DNA from: Spirochaetia bacterium
GTDB lineage: Bacteria; Spirochaetota; Spirochaetia; CAKZLE01
Direction of reading: 5' to 3'
DNA: 64,000 nucleotides
NCBI GenBank assembly: GCA_963677595.1
Contig: OY782041.1
Span: 4,000,001-4,064,000, forward strand
The stretch's first letter is position 1; the number at the start of each line of letters is the position of its first letter. The notes under the pieces are model-generated. The model was not told the origin of the DNA. It made no database searches and worked only from the letters and a program-made list of their open reading frames with translations. The translations under genes were made by a program, and so were the position numbers. Below, piece after piece: positions 39,955-49,031 of this stretch.

Positions 39955-39976
39955 AAACAATGCCATGTGGCATGTT
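39955..39976. promoter_or_regulatory. Putative Crp/Fnr-family activator site (copy 1)
   Basis: AAACAATGCCATGTGGCATGTT, identical to 43766-43787; minus-strand -10 TACAAT at 39938-39933. Confidence 0.7.
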
Positions 39977-40079
39977 CATACCATTCTTTGAAAAAACTTT
40001 CCGATCTCCGTTTCAGCTATACGACCTGCAGGTAGCATACTCTGAGAGAATAAACTGGTAATTGGTGTGAAGTGACCTG

Positions 40080-40808
40080 TCATATTTGATCGAACAGATC
40101 TTCTTCGCGCTTCAAGAAGCCCGAGATACGCTCCATCTGCACTGCAGAGATGGTGATCTTTTTCTTGATGATGGATGCCATATCACGATCGACTAATTCC
40201 CTGCAAAGGCGGTACATGGTCCTGATGCTCATTCCGAGTTCCTGACAGATGGCTTCCCTGGTCTCTTTCACGATTATGACTTCCGCAGGTTGAACCTTCC
40301 TTCCATATTGCTGATAAATAAAGTTAACCAGTGAATAGTATCCACTGTAGACAACCATCTTTCCATGAGAATTGATGGACGGGTACAGTTGCTGTGCGAA
40401 GATCCTTACCAGCTTCTTTAGGGCATGAGAATCTTCATCGAGCCAGCGGGAAAGGACACTCTTCCTGATCCTGATATACGAGGACTTTTCTGCTGCTTCG
40501 ATCGTAGTAGTGGCTATGGAGTACCCAGAGAAGAATTCCAACAAGCCGCTGAGAGACCGGCCGCTCCTATTGGTACTACGGGTTGAGGAGAACTCGAACA
40601 CCCTGCCATTGTTGAACTCATTGATGACCCGGTTGTTACCAGCATACAGAATATAGACAAAGGGGTTCTCTGTCCCTTTCGTGATGATCTTATGTCCTGC
40701 CGGGACGGTAATCAGTTCCAGCTGGGCAATGAAGCGTCTGGGCATGTCAGCAAATAGGTCCTGTAGCCATTGATTCGTTTCGATAACCTGCTTCACACTC
40801 ATTTCCAT
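40080..40808 (-). CDS. Crp/Fnr-family transcriptional regulator
   Basis: cNMP-like N-terminal domain; HTH TREAICQELGMSIRTMYR. Confidence 0.85.
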   Translation of the reverse strand: MEMSVKQVIETNQWLQDLFADMPRRFIAQLELITVPAGHKIITKGTENPFVYILYAGNNRVINEFNNGRVFEFSSTRSTNRSGRSLSGLLEFFSGYSIATTTIEAAEKSSYIRIRKSVLSRWLDEDSHALKKLVRIFAQQLYPSINSHGKMVVYSGYYSLVNFIYQQYGRKVQPAEVIIVKETREAICQELGMSIRTMYRLCRELVDRDMASIIKKKITISAVQMERISGFLKREEDLFDQI

Positions 40809-40841
40809 ACCGCTTGTCTCCTCTTGTGGGCAGTATACAAT

Positions 40842-42323
40842 CTAACCATCCAAAAGAGCCATACCTTCACTATCACCAAGCTGCTCAAGCTCGTCTCCTA
40901 GCATCCTCCGAAAAGGCTCTGCCAGTTCTTCATCATCTTTCAGGTTATGCAGTTCGTAGGGATCCCGCTCTAAATCATAGAGTTCAGAAATATCATCCTC
41001 ATTCACAGTATACTTATGCGTACCGGTAATCAGGGTCCTGCTCATACAGGTATCGCGGTACCCCTGCCCGTAACTCTCAAGCATCATCTGTGTCCTGCCG
41101 GGTCTCTCAAGTCGGCATACGGGAAGGAGGCTCTCCCCGTCAATCGGTTGTGAGAACGTGATCCTGGCAGCATCAAGGATGGTCGGGGCGATATCGATCG
41201 AATTCACGAGATTGTTCATCCTGCTGCCGCCGTACTCATTCCGGGGCAGTTTCAGAGCCAACGGGATACGCACAGTCTCCTCTGTCATGAATGAGCCTTT
41301 ATCGAATATCCCCCCATGACTACCGAGTCCATCTCCGTGATCACTGGTCCATATGATCAATGTATCTTCATACATGCCGAGTTCTTTCAGTTTCTGGATG
41401 ACCAATCTGGCAGCATCATCTGTCATGGTGGTCTGTGCATAGGCCTTCACCATGATGTCACGCCACTCTTCCCATGAGAAGATACTCGGGATAATCAACT
41501 TGAACTGTTCATCTGCAATCGGCCTGTTCATGTTCCGATAGGTCCCTGGTTTGTTCGAGAGATCATCTGAGAAATTACCATATTCCCTTATCTGAGAAGC
41601 ATCATACATATCGACGAATTCCTGAGTTGGAAAATAGGGTTGATGCGGACCCCATAGATCCAGTCTCAAGTGGAATGGCCCCTGACCATCCTCACGGGCT
41701 AGCTGTTCCAACTGCCTGCAGGCCATATCAGCCAGGAAGTATCCCTCATGTGTCTCTTTCGGTGTGGTCGTGATGCCTACACACGGTTCTCCACACCAGG
41801 TATGAGTACAATGATAATGGTCATTGCCTTCATAGAGTTCCCGAAACTGCTTCTTTGATGAGTTGTTCCAGAAATATCTCTCGATGCTGTGCTCGGCAGG
41901 GGGAAGTCCCTTACGTCCTATGTACTCCTTATATTCTTCAGTGATATAAGGATTCCCATAGAACTCTGGACAGAATCCTTCTGCATGATGATCCAGAGCT
42001 GTTCCGGGACCCGCATGCCATTTCCCGAAATAGAAATTCCTGTATCCAGCTTCCGAGAGCTTATCAAGATAGATCTCGTGATCATAGGGAGATTCCGTCT
42101 GGTTGTGAATATTCCGATGATGGTGAGGATAGAGCCCTGTTAGCAGAGTCCTCCGTGCCGGCCCGCACAGGGGAGTGACCGCATAAGCACGTTCGAAGAG
42201 AACAGAATCCTTCGCCAGTGCATCAAAACCCGGGTGCAGCGGCTTTTCGCCGCCATCCCAACCATGTCGATAATGGAGCTGATGATCTGTTACGATCATC
42301 ACGATATTTGGTTTCCTATTCAC
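40842..42323 (-). CDS. Cys-type sulfatase
   Basis: KPNIVMIVTD, CGPARRTLLTG, GKWH, TSDHG. Confidence 0.92.
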   Translation of the reverse strand: MNRKPNIVMIVTDHQLHYRHGWDGGEKPLHPGFDALAKDSVLFERAYAVTPLCGPARRTLLTGLYPHHHRNIHNQTESPYDHEIYLDKLSEAGYRNFYFGKWHAGPGTALDHHAEGFCPEFYGNPYITEEYKEYIGRKGLPPAEHSIERYFWNNSSKKQFRELYEGNDHYHCTHTWCGEPCVGITTTPKETHEGYFLADMACRQLEQLAREDGQGPFHLRLDLWGPHQPYFPTQEFVDMYDASQIREYGNFSDDLSNKPGTYRNMNRPIADEQFKLIIPSIFSWEEWRDIMVKAYAQTTMTDDAARLVIQKLKELGMYEDTLIIWTSDHGDGLGSHGGIFDKGSFMTEETVRIPLALKLPRNEYGGSRMNNLVNSIDIAPTILDAARITFSQPIDGESLLPVCRLERPGRTQMMLESYGQGYRDTCMSRTLITGTHKYTVNEDDISELYDLERDPYELHNLKDDEELAEPFRRMLGDELEQLGDSEGMALLDG

Positions 42324-42335
42324 ATCACTCCCCTG

Positions 42336-43715
42336 TTATTCCTTCCATGCCTCTAACACATTATACTCAGGAAGTTCAGAAATCATATTGATTCCATCAA
42401 ACTTCTCTGACGTATATAAGGAGAAGAATGCTTTGATCCGTTGCTGGAGCTCCTGTTTGATCTCTTGGTACTCAGATTCATGATAGAAGTTTTGAACCTC
42501 GTCCGGATCACGCACAAGGTCCGTTAATAGGGATTTCCCTTCGTCAGGGAACTCTATCAGTTTATATCGGTTGGTCTTTACCATCCTGACTGGACCATAC
42601 TCCCCAAAGTGAATATCCTCCCATGTGCTGGCGTCTCCCTGATTCGTGACAAGGGATAGGAAACTCCTGCCTGGGTATGTGCAGTTTTCCGGGCACCTGA
42701 TCCCAGCAGCGTCGAGGATAGTCTGGAAGAGATCTGTATGATTGACGAATTGGCTTCTTCTCTGTCTGTTGAAGAGCCTGTCAGGGCTATACAGGATCAT
42801 CGGGACACGGATTGACTGTTCAAGCATGTTCACCGGGTAGGTGGCATTCCCTTTACCCCACAGTCCATGATCCCCGCAGTTCAGCCCGTGATCTGATGTA
42901 TAGATGATGATGGTATTCTCTAATAACCCCTGGCCTTCCAATTCATCAAGAATGGTTCCTACTGATTCATCGATCTGGGTTACTGCTGCATAATACTGGC
43001 AGAGCGCCTCGACAGGATCTTTGCGTGTATCATCAAGCGACTCGTTCCTCTGGATCCCGAACGGGTAATGCACGCTGTTGTCCCGAGATGATACACCTTT
43101 ATCACGATACATATTCACCAGCCGCTCAGGATGATTCCGCCACTGGCTATGTGTTGCATAATGGCCGATGGTCAGGAAGAAAGGCTTCTCAGTCTCCCGG
43201 GATCTCAGGAATGTTACAGCTTCATTCGTGATGGTCCTCGTCAAAGGTCCCTCACAGGTCACGGGTTCTGCCCCCCGATAGAACGTCCTTGGTCCCCCAT
43301 GGTTGATGGGATATGCCGTACCTATGGAAAATGAGTAATCAAATCCGGTTTTCGGTATCAGTTCCTGGCCAAGATGCCACTTCCCGATGAGAGCAGTCTG
43401 GTAGGAGTGCTGCTTGAATATCTCCTGAAGAGTCAGCTCATCCTTCATCCAGTACTTGTTATCATCACGGTCAGGAGTATTCCCAAGATAGTCATGGACC
43501 CCATGCTGTGATGCGTACCGTCCAGAAAATAAACATGCTCGTGCTGGGGAACAAACAGGCGTCGGAGTGAACGCATTCTCCATGACAACACCCTGGTCAG
43601 CCAAGTAATCAAGATTTGGCGTCTCCACAAACGCATCTCCATAACAACTATTTGCCCACGCGGCATGATCATCAGTCACAAATAGTACAATATTCGGTTG
43701 TTCTTGCATAAACAC
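42336..43715 (-). CDS. Cys-type sulfatase
   Basis: QPNIVLFVTDD, CSPARACLFSG, GKWHLG, TSDHG. Confidence 0.92.
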   Translation of the reverse strand: MFMQEQPNIVLFVTDDHAAWANSCYGDAFVETPNLDYLADQGVVMENAFTPTPVCSPARACLFSGRYASQHGVHDYLGNTPDRDDNKYWMKDELTLQEIFKQHSYQTALIGKWHLGQELIPKTGFDYSFSIGTAYPINHGGPRTFYRGAEPVTCEGPLTRTITNEAVTFLRSRETEKPFFLTIGHYATHSQWRNHPERLVNMYRDKGVSSRDNSVHYPFGIQRNESLDDTRKDPVEALCQYYAAVTQIDESVGTILDELEGQGLLENTIIIYTSDHGLNCGDHGLWGKGNATYPVNMLEQSIRVPMILYSPDRLFNRQRRSQFVNHTDLFQTILDAAGIRCPENCTYPGRSFLSLVTNQGDASTWEDIHFGEYGPVRMVKTNRYKLIEFPDEGKSLLTDLVRDPDEVQNFYHESEYQEIKQELQQRIKAFFSLYTSEKFDGINMISELPEYNVLEAWKE

Positions 43716-43765
43716 TACTCCACATTCTAAAACCTATGTGGAAACTATAATGTGTCGGAGACAAG

Positions 43766-43787
43766 AAACAATGCCATGTGGCATGTT
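43766..43787. promoter_or_regulatory. Putative Crp/Fnr-family activator site (copy 2)
   Basis: AAACAATGCCATGTGGCATGTT; minus-strand -10 TATAGT at 43749-43744. Confidence 0.7.
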
Positions 43788-43946
43788 ATGTGCATTACGG
43801 CTCAATATGATCTCTTGTGGAATTGGCTTCTCGATATAAACAGCCAGTTCTCTCCCAAGCAACGCTTTCCTGAATTATGTTAAATATGTTCAATCACGGT
43901 GTGTATCATGACGGTTTTCCATACAAAGTAACTTCGTAAAAAGCAT

Positions 43947-43972
43947 TGGGATTGCATCCATCTGCAATCCCA
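43947..43972 (-). terminator. Probable intrinsic terminator after the amidase
   Basis: TGGGATTGCA-N6-TGCAATCCCA hairpin with a T-run nearby on the minus strand. Confidence 0.55.
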
Positions 43973-43999
43973 TAAGAATCTTAACACTCCTCCCGGTCA

Positions 44000-45266
44000 T
44001 CACAGGAACTGCGGTTGATGCGTATCATGCCAGGGCGCAAGTTTCTCTATGGCCCGGGCTGCCCTGAAAACCAGTTCATCATTGAACCGGTTGGCTAGGA
44101 TCTGCAGGCCCACCGGCATGCCGTTCACAAAACCCGCAGGGATGCTTATGGCGGTCAATCCAAGTATGTTTGCGAAAGATGTGAATGCGGAACTCGATGT
44201 TTCCCTATACGCCTGGTATGGATACGGCATCTCGAAGGGATCTTCCGGTCGTAGAGGGGAGATGATGTTCAAGGTGGGGGTGCACAGGAGATCATAGGTC
44301 TCGAATATACCGTCCGCCCACAGCTTGAGGTTCTTTCGTTCACGTAAGGCCTCTATCTTCTCTTCCTTTGTGGTCGGAGCTGCCCCGGCGTGGGTTATGC
44401 CCATCATCTTTCTTGTCGCGGGATTGAGGAGCCCCATCTTCTCAGCTGTCATCTCCCCAAGGACAGCTAACCGGTCTTTTGACATCATGATGGTTTTAGT
44501 CCCGATCTCCATGAAATCTTCCGGGATCCTGATATCTGCATCACCTATGAGTGCACCTGCCTGCTCGAACAGGCTGAATGTGTCATGAATCCGCTTCGTC
44601 ACGTCTGGTTCATAATCGGACCTGGTGAAGCTGTCTTGAACAACTCCGGCAGCTGTTCGGGGATCCTACCCGGGCTGGGGAAGAACCCGACCACCCCGTT
44701 GTGGTGCGAGGGTATACGGGTGGAGCCGCCGCCGTCACTGCCGATCGAGAACGGTGACATCCCTGCTGCGACTGAGGCGCCGCTCCCGCCGCTGGAGGCC
44801 CCGCTTATCCTTGAAGGATCCCAGGGGTTCACGGCTTCCCCGGCGATCGAGGTAACGGTCCGTGTCGTCATCGCGAACTCACTGGTCTGAGTCTTGCCCA
44901 GAATGATCGCCCCAGCGTCCTTCAGTCGTTCGATGAATAGCTCGTTCGTTACCGGCATGTAATCTTTCAACAGTTCAGACCCACGGGTTGTCGGGTACCC
45001 GGAGTAATCGTAGAGATCCTTGACAGAGACCGGAAGTCCGCACAGCGGTCCCTGCTCCTCCCCCCCCGTGCTATTGCCTCATCGATTGCCTTGGCTTCTG
45101 CTAACACCATCTCTTCCTGTACGCTGATGTAGGCATGCAGTACCGGTTCAAACTGCTGTATTCGATCCAGGTAGTGCTTCGCGACTACCACAGCGGATAG
45201 TTCTCCAGATCTGATCATCTCGACCAGTTCATATCCCGGTACCCAGGTTATCTCTTTCGTATTCAT
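44000..45266 (-). pseudogene. Amidase-signature (GatA-like) family pseudogene
   Basis: Three fragments; frameshift at the C8 run 45060-45067; second break near 44610; GASSGGS and GSDGGGSTRIP motifs present. Confidence 0.85.
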
Positions 45267-45551
45267 TGAGATCCTCCATTTACAACCCTATAGATAGATG
45301 CAGGATAGCACTGATTCAACCTGTTCAGTATTGTACAGATGTCATCATATGTGCAGATAGATGGTAACCGCTGCTCACATACCGAAGAGTTGATCATGGA
45401 GTACTGCAGGACACTGGTAGTAAAGACAGGTTTCGATGCAGTTTCTGTAAGTTCTATTTCCAGGGCGCTACATCTCAGCCGGGGCTTTTTCTATTACCAT
45501 TTCGGGGATAAGTTCGATCTGGTCAACAGGATCATCGAACATGATCTCCAA

Positions 45552-46109
45552 TGACATCCTCCCCGACCCAAGGGTCGGGGTATCCTAGTCATTGGTTAAA
45601 ATCAAGTTCTATCTGACCCGAATAGATTTTCTTGTATTCGTCCTGTTTCCCTTGATTCTCTATGTATCTTCTTATGGTTTCCTTCCCTGCGTACAGCCCA
45701 ACGGTATTTGCGTAAAACCCTGCTGTCCACAAAGATCCTCCCCATAGCTGTTCCCGTCTAATCTTTGGATGCCTCTTAAAGATCTCCCTTGCGGTGATAC
45801 TTTTGATGGTCGTTACGATTTTACTCACAGCCATCGTCGGAATCCCTTGTACCAAAAAGTGCACATGGTCTTCTTCCAATCCTATCTCGATAAATCGTAA
45901 CTCGTATCGTTGTTCGATTCCCAGGCAAATCTCTTTTAGGCTTTCCTCTACCTCACGGGTAAAGATCTTCCGTCTATACTTTGCCGGAAATACCAAATGA
46001 TACATTAGAAGGCTCTTGTTATGACTTTTATAGATATGTTCATCCATCCTTCTAATGTATCATACTCAACCGCCCCAAGGGGCGGGGAATGTAACCCCCT
46101 TCAGATTCA
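45552..46109 (-). mobile_element. IS200/IS605-family element, tnpA only (558 bp)
   Basis: Subterminal hairpins CCCCGACCC-AA-GGGTCGGGG and CCGCCCC-AA-GGGGCGG; minus-strand end GGGAGGATGTCA; no target duplication. Confidence 0.88.
45589..46047 (-). CDS. tnpA: IS200-family Y1 HUH transposase
   Basis: YHLVFPAKYRR, DHVHFL (HUH), LWGGSLW, IRRYIENQ. Confidence 0.95.
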   Translation of the reverse strand: MDEHIYKSHNKSLLMYHLVFPAKYRRKIFTREVEESLKEICLGIEQRYELRFIEIGLEEDHVHFLVQGIPTMAVSKIVTTIKSITAREIFKRHPKIRREQLWGGSLWTAGFYANTVGLYAGKETIRRYIENQGKQDEYKKIYSGQIELDFNQ

Positions 46110-46573
46110 GTGGTCATCACAGTAGGGGGCCATCCGGATTTCGTGTATCTTGGCTCCAATACGATGCTCGAAATGATGAAGGACAACCAGGTATTCTACA
46201 GGCGGGTATTTGATGTATTCGGGTATGAATCCTTCTTTGACTATTTGGGGAAACTGATCAGGAGGCAATTACTGATATGGATCCAGAAGAGGGATCTCCC
46301 CCCGGAGATATCGATCGAGTTCGTGGTCGACTTCTATACCGGGGCCATCCAGAAAGTGATCAAGACCTGGTTCGACGGAGGGCTGGCAACTCCTCCCAGG
46401 GAGATCGCAGAACAGCTGCATCTTCTCATTGAGGCACATTGAATCGTGACAATACCGTCTCTTGACGATGTGTTTCAGGGCGTATGAAATTCAACTCTTT
46501 GGGATCTACAACCCTGGTATTGAAACGACCATGCACGCTTGACGTTATTACTGTATAGCGTTATTATTATAGT

Positions 46574-46855
46574 ATGATAAATTCCTTTAAAGACAAGGAA
46601 ACCGCAAAGGTCTGGGACCAAACGTACTCGAAGCGATTGCCAAAGGATATCCAGCGCATCGGTCTCAGGAAACTGATCATGCTGCATAAGGCAAGAGACC
46701 TGAATGATCTGAAAGTCCCTCCAGGGAATCGACTGGAATTCCTATCGGGAGATAGAGAAGGTCAGTATAGTATTCGGATCAATGAACAATGGAGAATCTG
46801 TTTCAGGTGGAATCAAGGACAGATTGAAGATGTAGAGATCGTAGATTACCACTAG
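46574..46855 (+). CDS. higB: HigB toxin (RelE/ParE superfamily)
   Basis: MINSFKDKET...PPGNRLE...YSIRINEQWRICF...IVDYH; promoter TTGACG-N17-TATTAT with an inverted repeat in the spacer. Confidence 0.92.
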   Translation: MINSFKDKETAKVWDQTYSKRLPKDIQRIGLRKLIMLHKARDLNDLKVPPGNRLEFLSGDREGQYSIRINEQWRICFRWNQGQIEDVEIVDYH

Positions 46856-46864
46856 GAGAAGAAC

Positions 46865-47158
46865 ATGGACAGGATACCTGATATTACACCCGGTGAGATT
46901 TTGTATGAAGAATTCCTCATCCCCATGCATATCACAGCCTATCGTCTCGCAAAAGACACGAAAATACCGGCAACCCGCATTTCAGAAATCATCAAAGGCC
47001 GCAGGAAGATAACAGCAGACACAGCCTTGAGACTTTCTGCCTACTTCGGCAACTCAGCTGAGTTCTGGGTTGGTATCCAGGCTGAATATGATCTCAGACG
47101 CGAGAGACGCAGAATCTCAGATGAACTGATGACTATCCCACATATTGAGGCATCATAG
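46865..47158 (+). CDS. higA: HigA antitoxin
   Basis: PGEILYEEFL...RISEII...ITADTALRL...FW..Q..YDL. Confidence 0.92.
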   Translation: MDRIPDITPGEILYEEFLIPMHITAYRLAKDTKIPATRISEIIKGRRKITADTALRLSAYFGNSAEFWVGIQAEYDLRRERRRISDELMTIPHIEAS

Positions 47159-47341
47159 AACCAGGCTGTATGCAAAATACTACGTCCAAAAAGCTTCTAT
47201 GTATGCTGCATAGACCTTATGGAAACACATCCAACACATACTTCTATAGTCATAGCAAGCCACAAGTCATCATTATTCCCTGTATTGAAGAAAAACATAG
47301 TATAATATTTTAGATCAAGGGTTATCGTACTTGGAGGGAAT

Positions 47342-48304
47342 ATGCAGCATCTCCTTCTCCTATATCTCATTGTAAGTATACTTCCCGGAATAGCTGCCTT
47401 GACCGTCCTCTCTGCTTTGACCACAAGACTCCGGATCAAGGCTCTCACCTATTACCTCATAGCATACGGCAGCTTCACAGTCTCTATCCTCATCAACCTG
47501 ACGATGTTCTATCTGGGGATAAACATCTCAAAAGAGATATCCTACGGTCTCTATATTCTCATCATCATCGGGATCCCCTTTTCCATCCTCATGCATACGA
47601 TGCTGACGTTGGCAGTGAATGAAGCGACAAGACCGCCAGGTAAGCGATTCATTGACGGATTCATCATCCTGATCGGCTTCGTTGAGCTGGGACTGTTCTT
47701 CACTCCCCTATTGATGCAGTATTCCAAGGAGACTCACAGCCTCATCTTCGGCCCGATATACCCTCTCAGCAGCATCATCGAGATCATCAGTATCATCTAT
47801 GCGATCACCCTGGTCATTATTCTCCGCAAGAAGATCACCGATACTACCATCAGGAAGTACATCATCACCCTCATCATCATCATTGCGGTGTTCCTGCCGG
47901 CGATCGGGCATGACCAATTCTTCTTCTTCGGCATCCAAGCCATCAATGAGGTTCCTATCGAACTCATCCTCTCACCGGTCTTCTATATGGTACTCTCCAT
48001 TGTGACGCTGATCTTCGGCACAAGATTCCTGAAATCCACTATCAGACTGGAACGATCGGTGAACTCGACTGCCCGGGAATCGAATCAGCTTACGATAGAG
48101 GCAAAGATACAGGAACTTGCGAAGCGTGCAGGATTATCTGAACGGGAAGTATCTATCATCCCTCTGATAGGCAAAGGTCTTGGGAACAAACAGATCGCAC
48201 TTGAGCTGAATATATCTTCCAAGACAGTAGGGAACCATATCTATAACATCTATAAGAAACTAAAGATCTCAAGCAGATATGAGCTCTTAGCCCTGTTGAA
48301 TTAA
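47342..48304 (+). CDS. Multi-TM protein with C-terminal LuxR-type HTH
   Basis: About 7 hydrophobic segments; LSERE...GLGNKQIALELNISSKTVGNHIYNIYKKL. Confidence 0.85.
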   Translation: MQHLLLLYLIVSILPGIAALTVLSALTTRLRIKALTYYLIAYGSFTVSILINLTMFYLGINISKEISYGLYILIIIGIPFSILMHTMLTLAVNEATRPPGKRFIDGFIILIGFVELGLFFTPLLMQYSKETHSLIFGPIYPLSSIIEIISIIYAITLVIILRKKITDTTIRKYIITLIIIIAVFLPAIGHDQFFFFGIQAINEVPIELILSPVFYMVLSIVTLIFGTRFLKSTIRLERSVNSTARESNQLTIEAKIQELAKRAGLSEREVSIIPLIGKGLGNKQIALELNISSKTVGNHIYNIYKKLKISSRYELLALLN

Positions 48305-48415
48305 CATATTCCCCTACTTTTGGGTATCATTCCTCAGTCATTTGAGAACCATTCCCCATTTCTCTCTCCCTATGGTGGTGCTAGGCTTTAATCATCACCT
48401 TTCAAGGAGTCAGGA

Positions 48416-49030
48416 ATGAAAAGATTAACCGTTTTAGTGCTATTGATCATCTGCAGTACGCTGCTCTATTCAACGCCTCAGGAGATAGACCTAGGCAGCC
48501 TGCAGTCATCAAGGAGTATGTTCTCACTATCTACAGGATATGCTTCCGACCTTTCAGGGGCTCAAGGCTATTCAGCATTCATCAAGTCGTCATCTTTCAT
48601 AGGAGAGAGCCCCTTCTATTATGGATTCGCCTCCCTGCTTGGGATGTTCTCAACTACCGATGAGAGTTTCTTTGAGACGGGAGTCCTGTTCGGGTATACC
48701 GATGAGATCGATGACACGAATCTCTATTACGACCTGTTTTTCGATCTCCTGGTCACAGGAGGCCGTATCAACAATGCGACCTCAACCTACCAGGCATCCG
48801 CCCCTGCTCTCCATCTGGGAATGGCTCTCGGGTTCCCCTCCACTTCTGATATCGATGGGGCCATCTCCATCGCACCAGTCATACGTCCCTACAACCAGCA
48901 GACAGGGCTTTGGGACTTCTCGAGAAGTTATATCAACCTCGGTGTGACCTTCAATATGAAATCCTTGATAGTAGGAAAGCAATTACCATGGAAAGAATTC
49001 CATGAATCAGCAAAGAGCGAAGGGGAATAG
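48416..49030 (+). CDS. Exported hypothetical protein, possibly a small beta-barrel
   Basis: Signal peptide; amphipathic aromatic-rich strands; RBS AAGGAG. Confidence 0.6.
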   Translation: MKRLTVLVLLIICSTLLYSTPQEIDLGSLQSSRSMFSLSTGYASDLSGAQGYSAFIKSSSFIGESPFYYGFASLLGMFSTTDESFFETGVLFGYTDEIDDTNLYYDLFFDLLVTGGRINNATSTYQASAPALHLGMALGFPSTSDIDGAISIAPVIRPYNQQTGLWDFSRSYINLGVTFNMKSLIVGKQLPWKEFHESAKSEGE

Positions 49031-49031
49031 T

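Larger units (their letters stand above)
45339..46442 (+). pseudogene. TetR-family regulator interrupted by an IS200-type element
   Basis: N-terminal HTH (SRGFFYYHFGDKFDL) ends at 45551; C-terminal domain resumes in frame at 46110. Confidence 0.85.

Noticed and set aside
39955-43787. Sigma54 promoters at the TGGCATTGTTT sites of the sulfatase cluster
   Set aside because: They share a -24-like half with the AOR promoter but lack GC at the required -12 spacing
45552-46109. TnpB/omega-RNA system
   Set aside because: The element is 558 bp and tnpA fills it; there is no room for tnpB
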